Origin: Myxococcota bacterium
GTDB taxonomy: Bacteria; Myxococcota_A; UBA9160; JAFDDA01
Assembly (NCBI GenBank): GCA_965228475.1
Contig: OZ245817.1
Location: forward strand, 2,304,001 to 2,368,000
Direction of reading: 5' to 3'
DNA length: 64,000 bases
Made by a program: the position numbers and the translations under genes
The notes under the pieces: generated by a model
Told to the model about the DNA's origin: nothing
The model's input: only the letters and a program-made list of their open reading frames with translations
Database searches by the model: none
Shown: positions 9,286 through 19,792 of the stretch, piece by piece
How the letters are laid out: every line of letters begins with the position of its first letter
Numbering within the stretch: position 1 is the stretch's first letter

Positions 9286-10686
9286 CTACTGGATGATCTC
9301 CCGGCGGCGCAGCTTGCCTTCCTGGTAGAAGGAGCGGACGTCCATCACGCCGTCGCGGTCGGTGTCTTCTTCCTGGTGGGTCTTGCGGTCTTCGCCGTCG
9401 TAGTGCGTGACGCGGTCGGGGCGCCCGTCGCCGTTTCGGTCTTCCTCTTCGCGGACGAGCTGGCCCGCGGCGTAGAAGGACATGCGGTCGCGAAAGCCGT
9501 CGGCGTCGCTGTCCTGCTCGTGGCGCAGGAGCACGCCGTCCTGATAGAAGCTCCAGACGTCGACCTCGCCGTCGCCATCCGCGTCGGCCCGGCGCCGGAC
9601 GATCACGCCCTCTTCGTACTCGGTGAAGGTGTCGGCCGTTCCGTCGAGGTCCGTGTCCTCTTCGTCGTGGGCGATCTGGTCCGTACCTCGGACGTAGTGG
9701 ACCTTCCGTTCGGGTCGGCCGTCCCCGTCGTCGTCGGTCTCCTCGGCCACGATGTCGCGGCCCTGGCGGTAGACCCAGCGGTCCGGCTTGCCGTCGGCAT
9801 CGCGATCGATGGATTCGTAGAGCCTTACGAGCTCGGGCGCGGGGGCGACGGCGACCTGCGGGGCCTCCGCTCGCGGGGCCGCGAGCTGCGGAGCGCCGGG
9901 CGAGGCGGAGGCCTGCGGCCGCGGAGCCGGGCCGGGTGCCGGGTTCCCCGTCGCCATGGCGCTGCGCAGGGCGGCGAGCTCGGCGGCGATGCTGCGCCGT
10001 CCGGTGGAAGGGGAGGTCGCCGGAGCCGGTGCGCTCGGCGTGCGCGCTGCGTAACGAGGAGCGGGCGCGGGCGCCGGAGCCGGGGCTCCGCCGGGCTGTC
10101 CCTGCAGCTCCTTTTCCATGCCCTCGAGGAGCGCCTGCTCGCGCATGGCCTGGCGCTCGGCGGGCGTCGGCGGCGCCGGGGGCGCTTCGCCCGTGACCTT
10201 CACCGTCGGATCCGCCGGGCCGGTCACGGCCTGGTGGACCTTCTTGAACGGGTACGCGGCGACGAGGAAGGGGAGCTTGAAGGCCTTCGCCCAGGCCGGT
10301 TCGTTGTTCACCTTCTGGTGGCGTTCGATGTCCTGATCGGCCCCGCCGATCATCACGAAGCCGCCCGGTGCGGCGCCCTGCGGAACGCCCGCAGCTTGGG
10401 GCGCTCCCGCGGCACCGGGCGCTCCGGCAGGGCCTCCCTGGGCGCCGGGCGCTCCGGGCGCGGCGCCGGGGACGGGCGGCGCCAGGCCGACGTTCGGCGC
10501 GATGTTCGGCATCGGAACGCCGGCCTGGTTCGGCATGAGGATCGTCGCGGCGGCTCCGGTCGTGACGATCGGGTGGGTATCGAGGTCGCGGTCGATGTTG
10601 GCGTAGCCGCCGCAGCCGAGCAGGGCGAAGGAGGCGCAGCCGACGACGGCGAGGGCGCGCGGCGAGGCGAAGGGCAGTCGATGCAT
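9286..10686 (-). CDS. Lipoprotein with Pro/Ala-rich linker and seven DxDxDG (Ca-binding-like) repeats
   Basis: Lipobox ALLGC; C-terminal ~24-aa repeats D-x-D/N-x-D-G-x-x-D/E. Confidence 0.75.
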   Translation of the reverse strand: MHRLPFASPRALAVVGCASFALLGCGGYANIDRDLDTHPIVTTGAAATILMPNQAGVPMPNIAPNVGLAPPVPGAAPGAPGAQGGPAGAPGAAGAPQAAGVPQGAAPGGFVMIGGADQDIERHQKVNNEPAWAKAFKLPFLVAAYPFKKVHQAVTGPADPTVKVTGEAPPAPPTPAERQAMREQALLEGMEKELQGQPGGAPAPAPAPAPRYAARTPSAPAPATSPSTGRRSIAAELAALRSAMATGNPAPGPAPRPQASASPGAPQLAAPRAEAPQVAVAPAPELVRLYESIDRDADGKPDRWVYRQGRDIVAEETDDDGDGRPERKVHYVRGTDQIAHDEEDTDLDGTADTFTEYEEGVIVRRRADADGDGEVDVWSFYQDGVLLRHEQDSDADGFRDRMSFYAAGQLVREEEDRNGDGRPDRVTHYDGEDRKTHQEEDTDRDGVMDVRSFYQEGKLRRREIIQ

Positions 10687-10849
10687 GGCGTTCCCGAAAG
10701 GAGAGGGTTCGCGTCCAAAGACTGCAAGATCCGTGCGAGGGGTGGGCGTGGGCGGAGGTGCCGCCACTTCGCGAGCCCCGGCGCGGGAAAGCCGATGCCT
10801 TTGCCGGGCGCCTGCCGACGGCAGGGCGCTCGCAAGGGTGGGTAGCGAA

Positions 10850-11893
10850 CTACCCTGATCGGGTGGTGGTGGGGTCCGCTGCGTTCGCGCTGCCGATGCG
10901 GTCGATGGCGAGCGTCGCGCCGAGCCCGAGCAGGACGAGCAGCACGGAGGCTCCCGCCTGCAGCGGCGTCGGGGTGAACCGTTCGAGCGGCCAGTCCTCG
11001 GGGTCGATCTCCGCGAGGCTCGCCGCCGTGACGGTCCGGCCCTTCACGACGTCGCCCGGCTCCGGCCGCACGCCTTCCTGGAAGGGCCAGAGCCCTACGA
11101 CCGCGCCGAGGAGCAGCCCGAGCAGGACGCCGAGGGTGGCCTGGCGAAGGTGCTCGAGCAGCCAGCGCACGAGGTTGCTCACGCCGACGATGCCGAGGGC
11201 GACGCCGACTCCGACCGGAACGACCACCGCCATCGCCTCGCGCAGGGCGACCGTGTCGACGCCTCCGCCCGAGACGGCCTGCTTCAGCTGGTCGATGCCC
11301 GTGAGGATCGGGACGTACTGGCCGAGGAGGAGCAGCAGGTACCCGCCGCTCACGCCGGGAAGCACCATGGCGCTGGCACCCGCAATGCCGGCGATCACGA
11401 GGGGGACCGGGCCCTCGGCGCCGCTGCCGCCGCCGTCGGCGAAGGCCAGCAGCAGCATGGCGCCGAAGCCGCCGAGAGCGCTCGCGAGGACCGTCGAAGA
11501 GGCGGGCTTCGCCATCCGCCAGACGAGGGGAATGCCGCCGAGCGTCAGGCCAATGAAGAGGCTGTACATCACCCAGCGCTGCTCGATCACCAGCGTCTTG
11601 GTCGGCCCGGCGAGGAGCAGGATCGAGAGCGCGGCGCATCCGGCGATGACGCCGACCACGAGCAGGGCCCGGGGGCGGAGGCGCAGCGTCGTGAGGTCGG
11701 CCACCGCGGTGACGAAGGCTTCGTAGACGCCGGCGGCGAGAAGCATGGTGCCGCCGGAAACCCCCGGGACCAGGTTCGCGAGGCCCATCAACGTGCCGCC
11801 GAGCGCCGAGCGCGCCGCGAGCGTGCGCGTCGATCCAGCGGGCGGGGCGGCGTCGCCGTTTCGCGTTGCGTGCGAGGGCTCTTGGGTCGTCAT
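10850..11893 (-). CDS. DUF368 membrane protein (putative undecaprenyl-phosphate translocase family)
   Basis: MGLANLVPGVSGGT and AMVLPGVSGG..LLLLGQY repeats; GAGGAGG upstream. Confidence 0.88.
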   Translation of the reverse strand: MTTQEPSHATRNGDAAPPAGSTRTLAARSALGGTLMGLANLVPGVSGGTMLLAAGVYEAFVTAVADLTTLRLRPRALLVVGVIAGCAALSILLLAGPTKTLVIEQRWVMYSLFIGLTLGGIPLVWRMAKPASSTVLASALGGFGAMLLLAFADGGGSGAEGPVPLVIAGIAGASAMVLPGVSGGYLLLLLGQYVPILTGIDQLKQAVSGGGVDTVALREAMAVVVPVGVGVALGIVGVSNLVRWLLEHLRQATLGVLLGLLLGAVVGLWPFQEGVRPEPGDVVKGRTVTAASLAEIDPEDWPLERFTPTPLQAGASVLLVLLGLGATLAIDRIGSANAADPTTTRSG

Positions 11894-11936
11894 ACGGTGC
11901 GGCCGCCTCCTCGTGCGGCGCGCTACTGTAGCAGCC

Positions 11937-12635
11937 GTGTGCGGACGGTTTACGCTCGCGAGCCCGGCCGAGACCCTCGACGGCGACTTCGGGCCCTTCG
12001 ATGCCGGCCAGGATCCGGAGGACGTTCCGGAGCTCGCTCCCCGTTTCAACATCGCGCCCACCCAGCCCGTGGCGACGGTCCGTGCGACGACCGAGGGCAG
12101 GCGCGCCCTCGAGCTGCGGCGCTGGGGGCTGGTTCCTCACTTCTCGCGGGAGGCCTCCGGTGCGCCCCTGTTCAACGCCCGGGCGGAGACCGTCGCGGCC
12201 AAACCTTCCTTCCGTGACGCCTTCCAAAAGCGGCGCTGCCTGATTCCCGCCGACGGCTTCTACGAGTGGTTCCGGGTCGCCGAGCGCCGGCAGCCCTTCT
12301 ACGTCCGCCGGAAGGACGGGCGGGCCTTCGCGATGGCGGGCCTCTTCGAGCACTGGGAGGCCGAGGGCGCCGATCCCATCGACTCCTGCACGATCGTGAC
12401 GACGGAGGCCAATGCGCTGCTGGCGCCGATCCACGACCGCATGCCGGTGATCCTTTCGAAGGAGGGCGTCGATGCGTGGCTCGATGCGCAGACCCACGAG
12501 CCCCACGCCCTCGATCCGTGGCTCGTGCCCGCGCCGGCCGAGGACTTCTGCAAGTTCCCCGTGGATCCGCGGGTGAACCGCTGGAGCTGGGACGACCCGT
12601 CGAGCGTCGAGCCCCTCTTCGAGGGCCTGCAGTGA
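11937..12635 (+). CDS. SRAP (YedK/HMCES) abasic-site protecting protein
   Basis: GTG start gives M-C-G-R-F; RFNIAPTQ, FNARAET, RCLIPADGFYEW, IHDRMPVIL. Confidence 0.93.
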   Translation: MCGRFTLASPAETLDGDFGPFDAGQDPEDVPELAPRFNIAPTQPVATVRATTEGRRALELRRWGLVPHFSREASGAPLFNARAETVAAKPSFRDAFQKRRCLIPADGFYEWFRVAERRQPFYVRRKDGRAFAMAGLFEHWEAEGADPIDSCTIVTTEANALLAPIHDRMPVILSKEGVDAWLDAQTHEPHALDPWLVPAPAEDFCKFPVDPRVNRWSWDDPSSVEPLFEGLQ

Positions 12636-12883
12636 TCCGCGGGCTCCTGCTCGCCGGCGTGGCGCTGCTCTACGTCTTCTCGATCCCGTGGTACCGCGAG
12701 CCGGGCGCGGAGAGCGCGATCCTCTTCGGCCTCCCGGACTGGGTGATGGTGGCGCTGGGCTGCTACGTCGCCGCGGCGGTCTTGAACTCGCTCGCCTGGC
12801 TCGCCACCGACGTCCGCGACCCCGAGCCGCCGAGCACGCGAGACGGCGGAGCGGACGATTCGCCCGCGGAAGCGCCCCGATGA
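12632..12883 (+). CDS. Small membrane protein accompanying sodium:solute symporter (DUF3311-like)
   Basis: GTGA overlap with SRAP stop; two hydrophobic segments, FGLPDW; ATGA overlap with SSS gene. Confidence 0.7.
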   Translation: MIRGLLLAGVALLYVFSIPWYREPGAESAILFGLPDWVMVALGCYVAAAVLNSLAWLATDVRDPEPPSTRDGGADDSPAEAPR

Positions 12884-14364
12884 CGTTCGGCGAACTCGGG
12901 GTTCAGGCCCTCGTCGTCTACGTGATCGGCGTCGTGGTCGTGGCCGAGCTGGCGCGGCGCGCGCGGCGGGACCACTCTCCGGCGGACCACTTCCTGGCGG
13001 GGCGCGGCCTCGGTGTCTTCGTCCTGTTCCTCACGCTCTACGCCACCGCCTACAGCGGCAACTCGCTCCTCGGCTACCCGGGCGAGGCGTACCGGCGCGG
13101 CTTCTCGTGGATCATGTCGACCGGCTTCATGATGTCGATCATCGTCGTGTTCCACCTGCTGGTGCCGAAGCTTCGCCCGATCGCCGTCGCCGAGGGCTTC
13201 CTCACCCCCGGCGATTGGCTTCGCTTCCGTTTCGGCAAGGAGCCCGGGGGCAAGGCGCTCCTCGCCGCCTGCGCCGGGCTGATGACGGTCGCCCTCGCGA
13301 ACTTCCTCCTGGCCCAGCTGACGGCGATGGGGCACGTGACGAGCCACGTCACCGCGGGGGCGGTGCCGTTCTGGGCCGGCGTCATCGGGCTCGCCTTTCT
13401 GATCCTGCTCTACGAGACCCTCGGCGGGATGCGCGCGGTCGCCTGGACCGATGCCGTGCAGGGGATCCTGATGCTCGTGGGGCTCGGGGCGCTGCTGCAC
13501 TGGGTGCTCGGCGATTCCGGGGGGCTCGAGCGCATCACGCGAGCCGTGGCGGAGCTTCGCCCCGAGGCGGTGGCGGTGCCGGGCCGGACCGAACAGAACA
13601 ACTGGGCGAGCACCATCCTGCTGCTCGGTCTCGCGAGCGTCGTGTACCCCCAGGCAATCCAGCGCGTCTACGCCGCCCGGAGCGGCCGGGCGCTCTCCCG
13701 GGCGATGGCGCTCATGACCTTCATGCCTCTGGCCACGACGACGGTCGTCTTCCTGATCGGGATCGCGGCGATCCCGCGCCTCGAGGGCATGAGCGGCGTG
13801 GCCGCGGACACGGTGATGCCGAGGCTTCTCGAGCAGTGGGCTGCGGTCGGGCCCGCCCAGGCGGTCATGGCGATCGTCGTGTTCGTCGGGGCGCTCGCGG
13901 CGATCATGTCGACGGCGGATTCGGTGCTCCTTTCGCTGTCCTCGATCGTGGCCGTCGACCTGCTCGGCCGGCCGGCCGGTGAGGAGCGGACGACCCGGCT
14001 CGGCAAGCGCATCGCGGGCACGATCATGTTCGTCGCCGTCCTGCTCGCGCTCTTTCCGCGGTTCACGCTCTGGCGGTTGATCGAGCTCAAGATGGAGCTC
14101 CTGATCCAGTGCGTTCCGGCCTTCCTGTTGGCGCTGCACTGGGCGGGCCTGCGCGCGCGGCCGGCGCTGCTCGGCGTGGTGGTCGGGACGCTGCTCGCCG
14201 CCGGGGCGACCCTCGGCGGTGCCAAGCGCATCGACGGCGTCCACATGGGCGTGATCGGGCTGTTCGCGAACACGGCGGTGGCGGTGCTCGGCTCGCTCTG
14301 GCTTCAGGCCTCGGCGCGCGGCGGCGGCGCGGGCGCGGCGACCCCGAGCGCTTCGGCCAGGTAG
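12880..14364 (+). CDS. Sodium:solute symporter (SSS family)
   Basis: FLAGRGLG, GGMRAVAWTDAVQG, AAIMSTADS; many TM segments. Confidence 0.93.
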   Translation: MTFGELGVQALVVYVIGVVVVAELARRARRDHSPADHFLAGRGLGVFVLFLTLYATAYSGNSLLGYPGEAYRRGFSWIMSTGFMMSIIVVFHLLVPKLRPIAVAEGFLTPGDWLRFRFGKEPGGKALLAACAGLMTVALANFLLAQLTAMGHVTSHVTAGAVPFWAGVIGLAFLILLYETLGGMRAVAWTDAVQGILMLVGLGALLHWVLGDSGGLERITRAVAELRPEAVAVPGRTEQNNWASTILLLGLASVVYPQAIQRVYAARSGRALSRAMALMTFMPLATTTVVFLIGIAAIPRLEGMSGVAADTVMPRLLEQWAAVGPAQAVMAIVVFVGALAAIMSTADSVLLSLSSIVAVDLLGRPAGEERTTRLGKRIAGTIMFVAVLLALFPRFTLWRLIELKMELLIQCVPAFLLALHWAGLRARPALLGVVVGTLLAAGATLGGAKRIDGVHMGVIGLFANTAVAVLGSLWLQASARGGGAGAATPSASAR

Positions 14365-15617
14365 GGCAGGACCTCCTCGGCCAGCACGATCTCCGGGGCC
14401 AGGCGCTTCGAGAGACCCTCGGCCGTCATGATCGCGAGGTTCACCATCGTCATGTGGGCCCGCGCCTGGATCCGGTGCCGGCGCAGGATGTCGAAGATCC
14501 GGCCGATCTCCGCCGAGACCTGCAGGTTCGCGAGCCCCTTCACCCGGACGCTCTCGACGAACTCGCTCATGTCGCGCTCGTAGGCGGCGTAGTCCGGCGT
14601 CGCCGTGTGAGGCGACTCCTCGTAGAAGACGCGGGCCGTGGTCGGGCCGTCGCCCGTCGCCAGGGCGAACAGCATGCGGGCGGTGTTGAGCCGGTCGCGG
14701 TCCTCGATCTCCCCGACGAGGCCGAGGTCGAGGGCGACGATCTTGCCCGGGGGCAGGAAGCGCAGGTTCCCCGGGTGGAGGTCGGCGTGGACGAAGCCGT
14801 TGTGGAAGATCATCCGGCAGACGCCGCGCAGCCCGGAGCGCACGATCCGTGTGACGTCGACGCCGTGCTCCGCGAGGGCGTGCTCGGGGATGCCTTCGAT
14901 GAACTCCATGGTGAGGACGCCCGCGGCGGAGGCCTCCGGGTAGGTCGCGGGGAAGAGCACCTCGGGGTCGTCGGCGAAATCGGCCTGGAAGCGGGCGTTG
15001 TTGGCGAGCTCGTTGCGGAGGTCGATCTGCGCCTCGACGGCGACGCAGAAGGAGCGGATCGCGTCCTCGATCGCCATCAGGCGGAACGTCGGGACGACGC
15101 GCTCGAGGAAGCGCGCCACGGCGAGCAGGATCGAGCGGTCGAGCCGGACCTTCTCGAGGATGTCCGGCCGGCGCACCTTCACGGCCACGACGTCGCCCGA
15201 GGAGGCGAGCACCGCGCGGTGGACCTGGGCGACGGACGCCGCGGCCACGGGCTCGCGCTCGAACTCCCGGAACACGCTCTCGAGCGGCTTGCCGAGTTCG
15301 CTCTCGATCGTGCGCCGGACCTCGCCGAAGGGGAAGGGCGGCACCTGATCCTGCAGCGTCGCGAGCTCTGCCACGAAGACCGGGGGAAGGAGGTCCGCAC
15401 GGGTCGAAGCGATCTGGCCGACCTTGATGAAGGTCGCGCCGAGCTCGGTGCAGGCGCGGACGGCGCCCCGCCCGGCGGCGCGCTGGAACCTCCCGGGCGC
15501 CGGGCCGCGGAGCGCAGCCAGGGCGGCGCCCCCGCCGAGCAGGCTCGCCCGCAGGATCTGGAACGCCCGTTGCACGATGCGCGCGGGGTGTCTTCGAGCG
15601 GAGGGACGGGGCGACAC
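14304..15617 (-). CDS. ABC1/UbiB family atypical kinase
   Basis: LGATFIKVGQ, AAASVAQVHRA, VAVKVRRP, HADLHPGN, LDLGL; start estimated at GTG 15617. Confidence 0.9.
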   Translation of the reverse strand: MSPRPSARRHPARIVQRAFQILRASLLGGGAALAALRGPAPGRFQRAAGRGAVRACTELGATFIKVGQIASTRADLLPPVFVAELATLQDQVPPFPFGEVRRTIESELGKPLESVFREFEREPVAAASVAQVHRAVLASSGDVVAVKVRRPDILEKVRLDRSILLAVARFLERVVPTFRLMAIEDAIRSFCVAVEAQIDLRNELANNARFQADFADDPEVLFPATYPEASAAGVLTMEFIEGIPEHALAEHGVDVTRIVRSGLRGVCRMIFHNGFVHADLHPGNLRFLPPGKIVALDLGLVGEIEDRDRLNTARMLFALATGDGPTTARVFYEESPHTATPDYAAYERDMSEFVESVRVKGLANLQVSAEIGRIFDILRRHRIQARAHMTMVNLAIMTAEGLSKRLAPEIVLAEEVLPYLAEALGVAAPAPPPRAEA

Positions 15618-15703
15618 GGCCGACGAGATTAACGGCGACCCCGGGAGACGGCTATGGTGGGCCGGTCCGCGCAGGCCCGGCCCGCGCCCGAAGGGAGGCA
15701 TCG

Positions 15704-16930
15704 ATGGAACTACCGAAGCAGGGAATCCCCCAGGCCGAGCTGATGGCCGACATGAAGGCGCGCAAGGAACAGGACGCGAAGTGGCGAGAGGGCAAGACCT
15801 GGAGCCTGATCTACCCGGCGGGCGAGGAGGTCGATGCGCTGCTCGCCGAGGCGAACTCGCTCTACCTCTACGAGAACGCGCTGAACCCGTTCCGCTTCCC
15901 GAGCCTCCGGCAGATGGAGGTGGACGTGGTCTCGATGACGGCTGCGCTGCTGCACGCGCCGGCGGAAGCCGGGGGCTGCATGACCTCGGGAGGGACGGAG
16001 TCGATCATCATGGCCGTCAAGGCGGCGCGAAACCGCGCCCGGGCCGAGCGCGGTGTCACGAATCCGACGCTCGTCGCCCCGGTCTCCGCGCACCCGGCCT
16101 TCGCGAAGGCGGCCGAGTACCTCGGGCTGGAGCTCGTCCAGGTCCCCCTCGACGACGACTACCGCGCCGACGTCGCCGCCGCCGAGGCGGCCATCGACGA
16201 ACGCACGGCGCTCGTCATGGGTTCGGCCCCGAACTACCCGTTCGGGACGATCGACCCGATCCCGGAGCTGGCGGGCCTCGCCCACGAGCGCGGGATCTCC
16301 TTCCACACGGACTCGTGCCTCGGCGGCTTCCTGCTGCCGTTCCTCGAGCGGCTCGGACAGGACGTGCCGCCCTTCGACTTCCGGGTCCCGGGCGTGACGA
16401 CGATGTCGGCCGACGTCCACAAGTACGGCTACTGCACGAAGGGGGCCTCTACGGTCATCCACCGCGACGATGCGCTCCTGAAGAAGCACCAGCTCTTCGT
16501 CTACGACAAGTGGCCGGGCGGCCTCTACGCCTCCTTCGCCATGGCCGGGGCCCGCCCGGCGGCACCCATCGCCGCGGCCTGGGCGATCATGCGGTTCCTC
16601 GGGGAAGACGGGTACCTGAAGCTCGCCGGGCGCGTGCGGGACACGACCCGGAAGCTGCAGGAGGGCATCGCCGCGCTCCCCGGCCTCCACGTCTGGGGCC
16701 AGCCCGCGATGAGCGTGTTCTCCTTCGGGTCCGACACGCACGACATCATGGCCATCGGCGACGTGATGGACGAGCGAGGCTGGCACCTCGACCGCCAGCA
16801 CGGGCCGGACGCCCTCCACCTGATGGTCTCGCCCGAGCACGCGGAGGTGGCCGACGCCTTCCTCTCGGACCTCCGCCACGCGGTGGAGAACCACGGCGAG
16901 TCCCAGGGCAAGGATGCCCGGTACAGCTAG
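15704..16930 (+). CDS. PLP-dependent enzyme, sphingosine-1-phosphate lyase-like
   Basis: TSGGTESI, SAHPAFAKAA, HTDSCLGGF, SADVHKYG. Confidence 0.85.
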   Translation: MELPKQGIPQAELMADMKARKEQDAKWREGKTWSLIYPAGEEVDALLAEANSLYLYENALNPFRFPSLRQMEVDVVSMTAALLHAPAEAGGCMTSGGTESIIMAVKAARNRARAERGVTNPTLVAPVSAHPAFAKAAEYLGLELVQVPLDDDYRADVAAAEAAIDERTALVMGSAPNYPFGTIDPIPELAGLAHERGISFHTDSCLGGFLLPFLERLGQDVPPFDFRVPGVTTMSADVHKYGYCTKGASTVIHRDDALLKKHQLFVYDKWPGGLYASFAMAGARPAAPIAAAWAIMRFLGEDGYLKLAGRVRDTTRKLQEGIAALPGLHVWGQPAMSVFSFGSDTHDIMAIGDVMDERGWHLDRQHGPDALHLMVSPEHAEVADAFLSDLRHAVENHGESQGKDARYS

Positions 16931-17019
16931 TCTGCGGAGGAGCTGCGGGTTTGCACGTTTGGCGCAGTGCAACTGCGTTCCACTCGTCACCACCGCGGAG
17001 ATCGGGGTCACTTCAAGGG

Positions 17020-17319
17020 ATGGATGCGTGGATCGTCGCCCTCGGTAGCCTCTGCTGCCTCTACACCGCCTGGGAGCTCGCCGGGCTCGCCAGCGGGACT
17101 GGCCGCTCGCGCGCGCAGGCCCACTCCGCTTCGCGCGGTGCCTGGGAAGCTCCCCGCGGGCCGGGTGCCGGGGGACAGGCCCCGGGGCAGGCGCGGGCCG
17201 CCGACTCCCGCTCCGGCCGCCCCCTGCGCCTGCGGGTGGACCGGCGCTCGCCGGGCGGCCGCCGAACGACCGACGCACGCGGGACCGCCGGGGAGGGGAC
17301 GTGGTCCGGGGCCTTCTGA
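17020..17319 (+). CDS. Possible small hypothetical protein
   Basis: AAGGG before ATG, hydrophobic N-terminus then low complexity; weak. Confidence 0.35.
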   Translation: MDAWIVALGSLCCLYTAWELAGLASGTGRSRAQAHSASRGAWEAPRGPGAGGQAPGQARAADSRSGRPLRLRVDRRSPGGRRTTDARGTAGEGTWSGAF

Positions 17320-17561
17320 CCCTCGCCGGCCTGGCCGTCGCCATCGGCGCCCTCTACGTCTACACCGTCTCCGAGCATGCGGCCTCCTGCGAGGCCTGCA
17401 TGGTCTTCGAGGGCCGCCGGGCCTGCCGAACCGCCGCTGCCGCGGAGGAGGAGCGGGCCCGCCAGCATGCGATCATGGCCGCCTGTTCCCTCATCACCCG
17501 CGGCGTGACCGAAGACCTCGCCTGCCAGCGCAGCGTCCCGGAGCGGCTCACGTGCGAGTGA
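17301..17561 (+). CDS. Small membrane-anchored Cys-rich protein
   Basis: GGAGG RBS; N-terminal TM then six Cys; strong GC3 bias. Confidence 0.7.
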   Translation: MVRGLLTLAGLAVAIGALYVYTVSEHAASCEACMVFEGRRACRTAAAAEEERARQHAIMAACSLITRGVTEDLACQRSVPERLTCE

Positions 17562-17703
17562 GCGGAGTGGCCCTCGAGGCCCCCGGGAGGCGTCCTTGAG
17601 GCCCCCGAGAGGCGCGTCGTTGAGCTATAAACCGTCCTTTCCCCACGAGCCCTCGCGGCTCGTGACCTGCTGATTTCGCGGACCCGGAATAGGGAGAATC
17701 GCT

Positions 17704-19497
17704 GTGGCGACGACCAAGAACGAGAAGCTTTCGGCCTGGGTGGATGAGTTCGTGGCGCTCTGCAAGCCGGAGCGCGTCCATTGGTGTGACGGTTCGAAGG
17801 CCGAGTACGACTCCCTGTGCGAGCTCATGGTCGAGGGTGGCACCGCGCTGCGTCTGAACGACGAGAAGCGACCCAACTCCTACCTCGTCCGCTCGGATCC
17901 GGCGGACGTCGCGCGCGTCGAGGACCGCACCTTCATCTGCTCGAAGGACGAGCTCGACGCCGGCCCGAACAACAACTGGCGCGAGCCCGAAGGCATGAAG
18001 GCCGAACTCCGGGAGCTGTTCGCGGGCTGCATGGCCGGCCGCACGATGTACGTGATTCCCTTCTCGATGGGTCCGGTCGGTTCGCCGATCGCGCACATCG
18101 GCATCCAGCTGACGGACTCGCCCTACGTCGTGGCGAGCATGCACACGATGACGCGTGTCGGGCAGAAGGTGCTCGATACGCTGGGCGACGGCGCCTTCGT
18201 TCCCTGCGTCCACTCCGTGGGCGCCCCGCTCGCGGCCGGCGAGGCCGACGTGCCCTGGCCGTGCAACGCGGACAACAAATACATCGTCCACTTCCCGGAG
18301 ACGCGCGAGATCTGGTCCTTCGGCTCGGGCTACGGCGGCAACGCCCTGCTCGGCAAGAAGTGCTTCGCACTGCGCATCGCCTCCGCCATGGCGCGCGACG
18401 AAGGCTGGCTGGCGGAGCACATGCTCATCCTGAAGCTGACCTCGCCCGAGGGTGCGAGCCACTACGTGGCGGCGGCCTTCCCGAGCGCGTGCGGCAAGAC
18501 GAACCTCGCGATGATGAACTCGGCCGTCGACGGCTGGAAGGTCGAGTGCGTGGGCGACGACATCGCCTGGATGAAGTTCGGCGACGATGGCCGCCTCTAC
18601 GCGATCAACCCCGAGGCCGGCTTCTTCGGCGTGGCGCCGGGGACGAGCATGAAGTCGAACCCGAACGCGATGCTGAGCCTCCGCGAGAACTGCTTCTTCA
18701 CCAACGTGGCCCTCACCGACGACGGCGACGTCTGGTGGGAGGAGATGACCGACGAGGCGCCGGCCCACCTGATCGACTGGCACGGCAACGATTGGACCCC
18801 GGACCAGGGCAAGCAGGCCGCCCACCCGAACGCGCGCTTCACGGCGCCGGCCAGCCAGTGCCCGGTGATCGCCTCCGAGTGGGAGGATCCCCAGGGCGTT
18901 CCGATCAGCGCCATCCTGTTCGGCGGGCGCCGCGCCACGGTGGTGCCGCTCGTGAACGAGGCCTTCGACTGGACCCACGGGACCTTCCTCGGCTCGATCA
19001 TCGGGAGCGAGAAGACGGCGGCGGCGGCCGGCAAGATCGGCGAGCTGCGCCGGGATCCGATGGCCATGCTGCCGTTCTGCGGATACAACATGGCCGACTA
19101 CTGGTCCCACTGGGTCCGCAAGATCGGCGGTCGCGAGGGCGCGAAGCTCCCGCGCGTCTACTACGTGAACTGGTTCCGCAAGAACGACGCCGGCGAGTTC
19201 CTCTGGCCGGGCTTCGGCGAGAACGGCCGCGTCCTCAAGTGGGTGTTCGAGCGCTGCGAAGGCACGGCCAAGGCCACGGAGACCCCGATCGGGAACCTCC
19301 CGGCCCAGGGCTCGCTCGAGCTCGACGGCCTGGATCTCGACCCGGAAGACCTCGCGGCACTGCTCGCGGTGGACGTCGAGGGCTGGCTCCACGAGGTCCC
19401 GCTGATCCGCGAGTACTACGCCAAGTTCGGCGACCGGATGCCCCAGGAGCTGGTCGACCAGCTCGACGCCCTCGAAGCCCGGCTCAAGAGCCGATAG
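17704..19497 (+). CDS. pckG: Phosphoenolpyruvate carboxykinase (GTP)
   Basis: [54 protein letters not shown]. Confidence 0.97.
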   Translation: MATTKNEKLSAWVDEFVALCKPERVHWCDGSKAEYDSLCELMVEGGTALRLNDEKRPNSYLVRSDPADVARVEDRTFICSKDELDAGPNNNWREPEGMKAELRELFAGCMAGRTMYVIPFSMGPVGSPIAHIGIQLTDSPYVVASMHTMTRVGQKVLDTLGDGAFVPCVHSVGAPLAAGEADVPWPCNADNKYIVHFPETREIWSFGSGYGGNALLGKKCFALRIASAMARDEGWLAEHMLILKLTSPEGASHYVAAAFPSACGKTNLAMMNSAVDGWKVECVGDDIAWMKFGDDGRLYAINPEAGFFGVAPGTSMKSNPNAMLSLRENCFFTNVALTDDGDVWWEEMTDEAPAHLIDWHGNDWTPDQGKQAAHPNARFTAPASQCPVIASEWEDPQGVPISAILFGGRRATVVPLVNEAFDWTHGTFLGSIIGSEKTAAAAGKIGELRRDPMAMLPFCGYNMADYWSHWVRKIGGREGAKLPRVYYVNWFRKNDAGEFLWPGFGENGRVLKWVFERCEGTAKATETPIGNLPAQGSLELDGLDLDPEDLAALLAVDVEGWLHEVPLIREYYAKFGDRMPQELVDQLDALEARLKSR

Positions 19498-19507
19498 CCG
19501 AAACGGC

Positions 19508-19747
19508 ATGCTGGTCCGGCTGGCGATCGACTACGAGCACGAGAGCCGCCGCTGGTGGGAGGCCGGAGGCCAGGAGCTCTGGGAGGCGATCCTCGAATCG
19601 CCGGACGCCAAGGACGTCGTGCTCGACGAGGCCCTGGCCGACTCCTGGTGGGCCCAGGCAGCCGCCCTCGAAGGCTGGAACGACGGACCGGACTACGCCC
19701 CCCATCCCCTCGTGCGCCATACCGTGGACGAAGACGAGGACGTTTAG
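19508..19747 (+). CDS. Small acidic hypothetical protein
   Basis: 79 aa ORF with strong GC3 bias between pckG and mgtE. Confidence 0.7.
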   Translation: MLVRLAIDYEHESRRWWEAGGQELWEAILESPDAKDVVLDEALADSWWAQAAALEGWNDGPDYAPHPLVRHTVDEDEDV

Positions 19748-19792
19748 TACAAACGCCCTGTAAACTGCTGGAATCGCGGGGGAAGCCAGTCG

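Noticed and set aside
16950..16980. TTGCAC-N10-GTGCAA as an NtrC site or sigma54 promoter
   Set aside because: Spacing fits neither consensus; the inverted repeat alone is too weak
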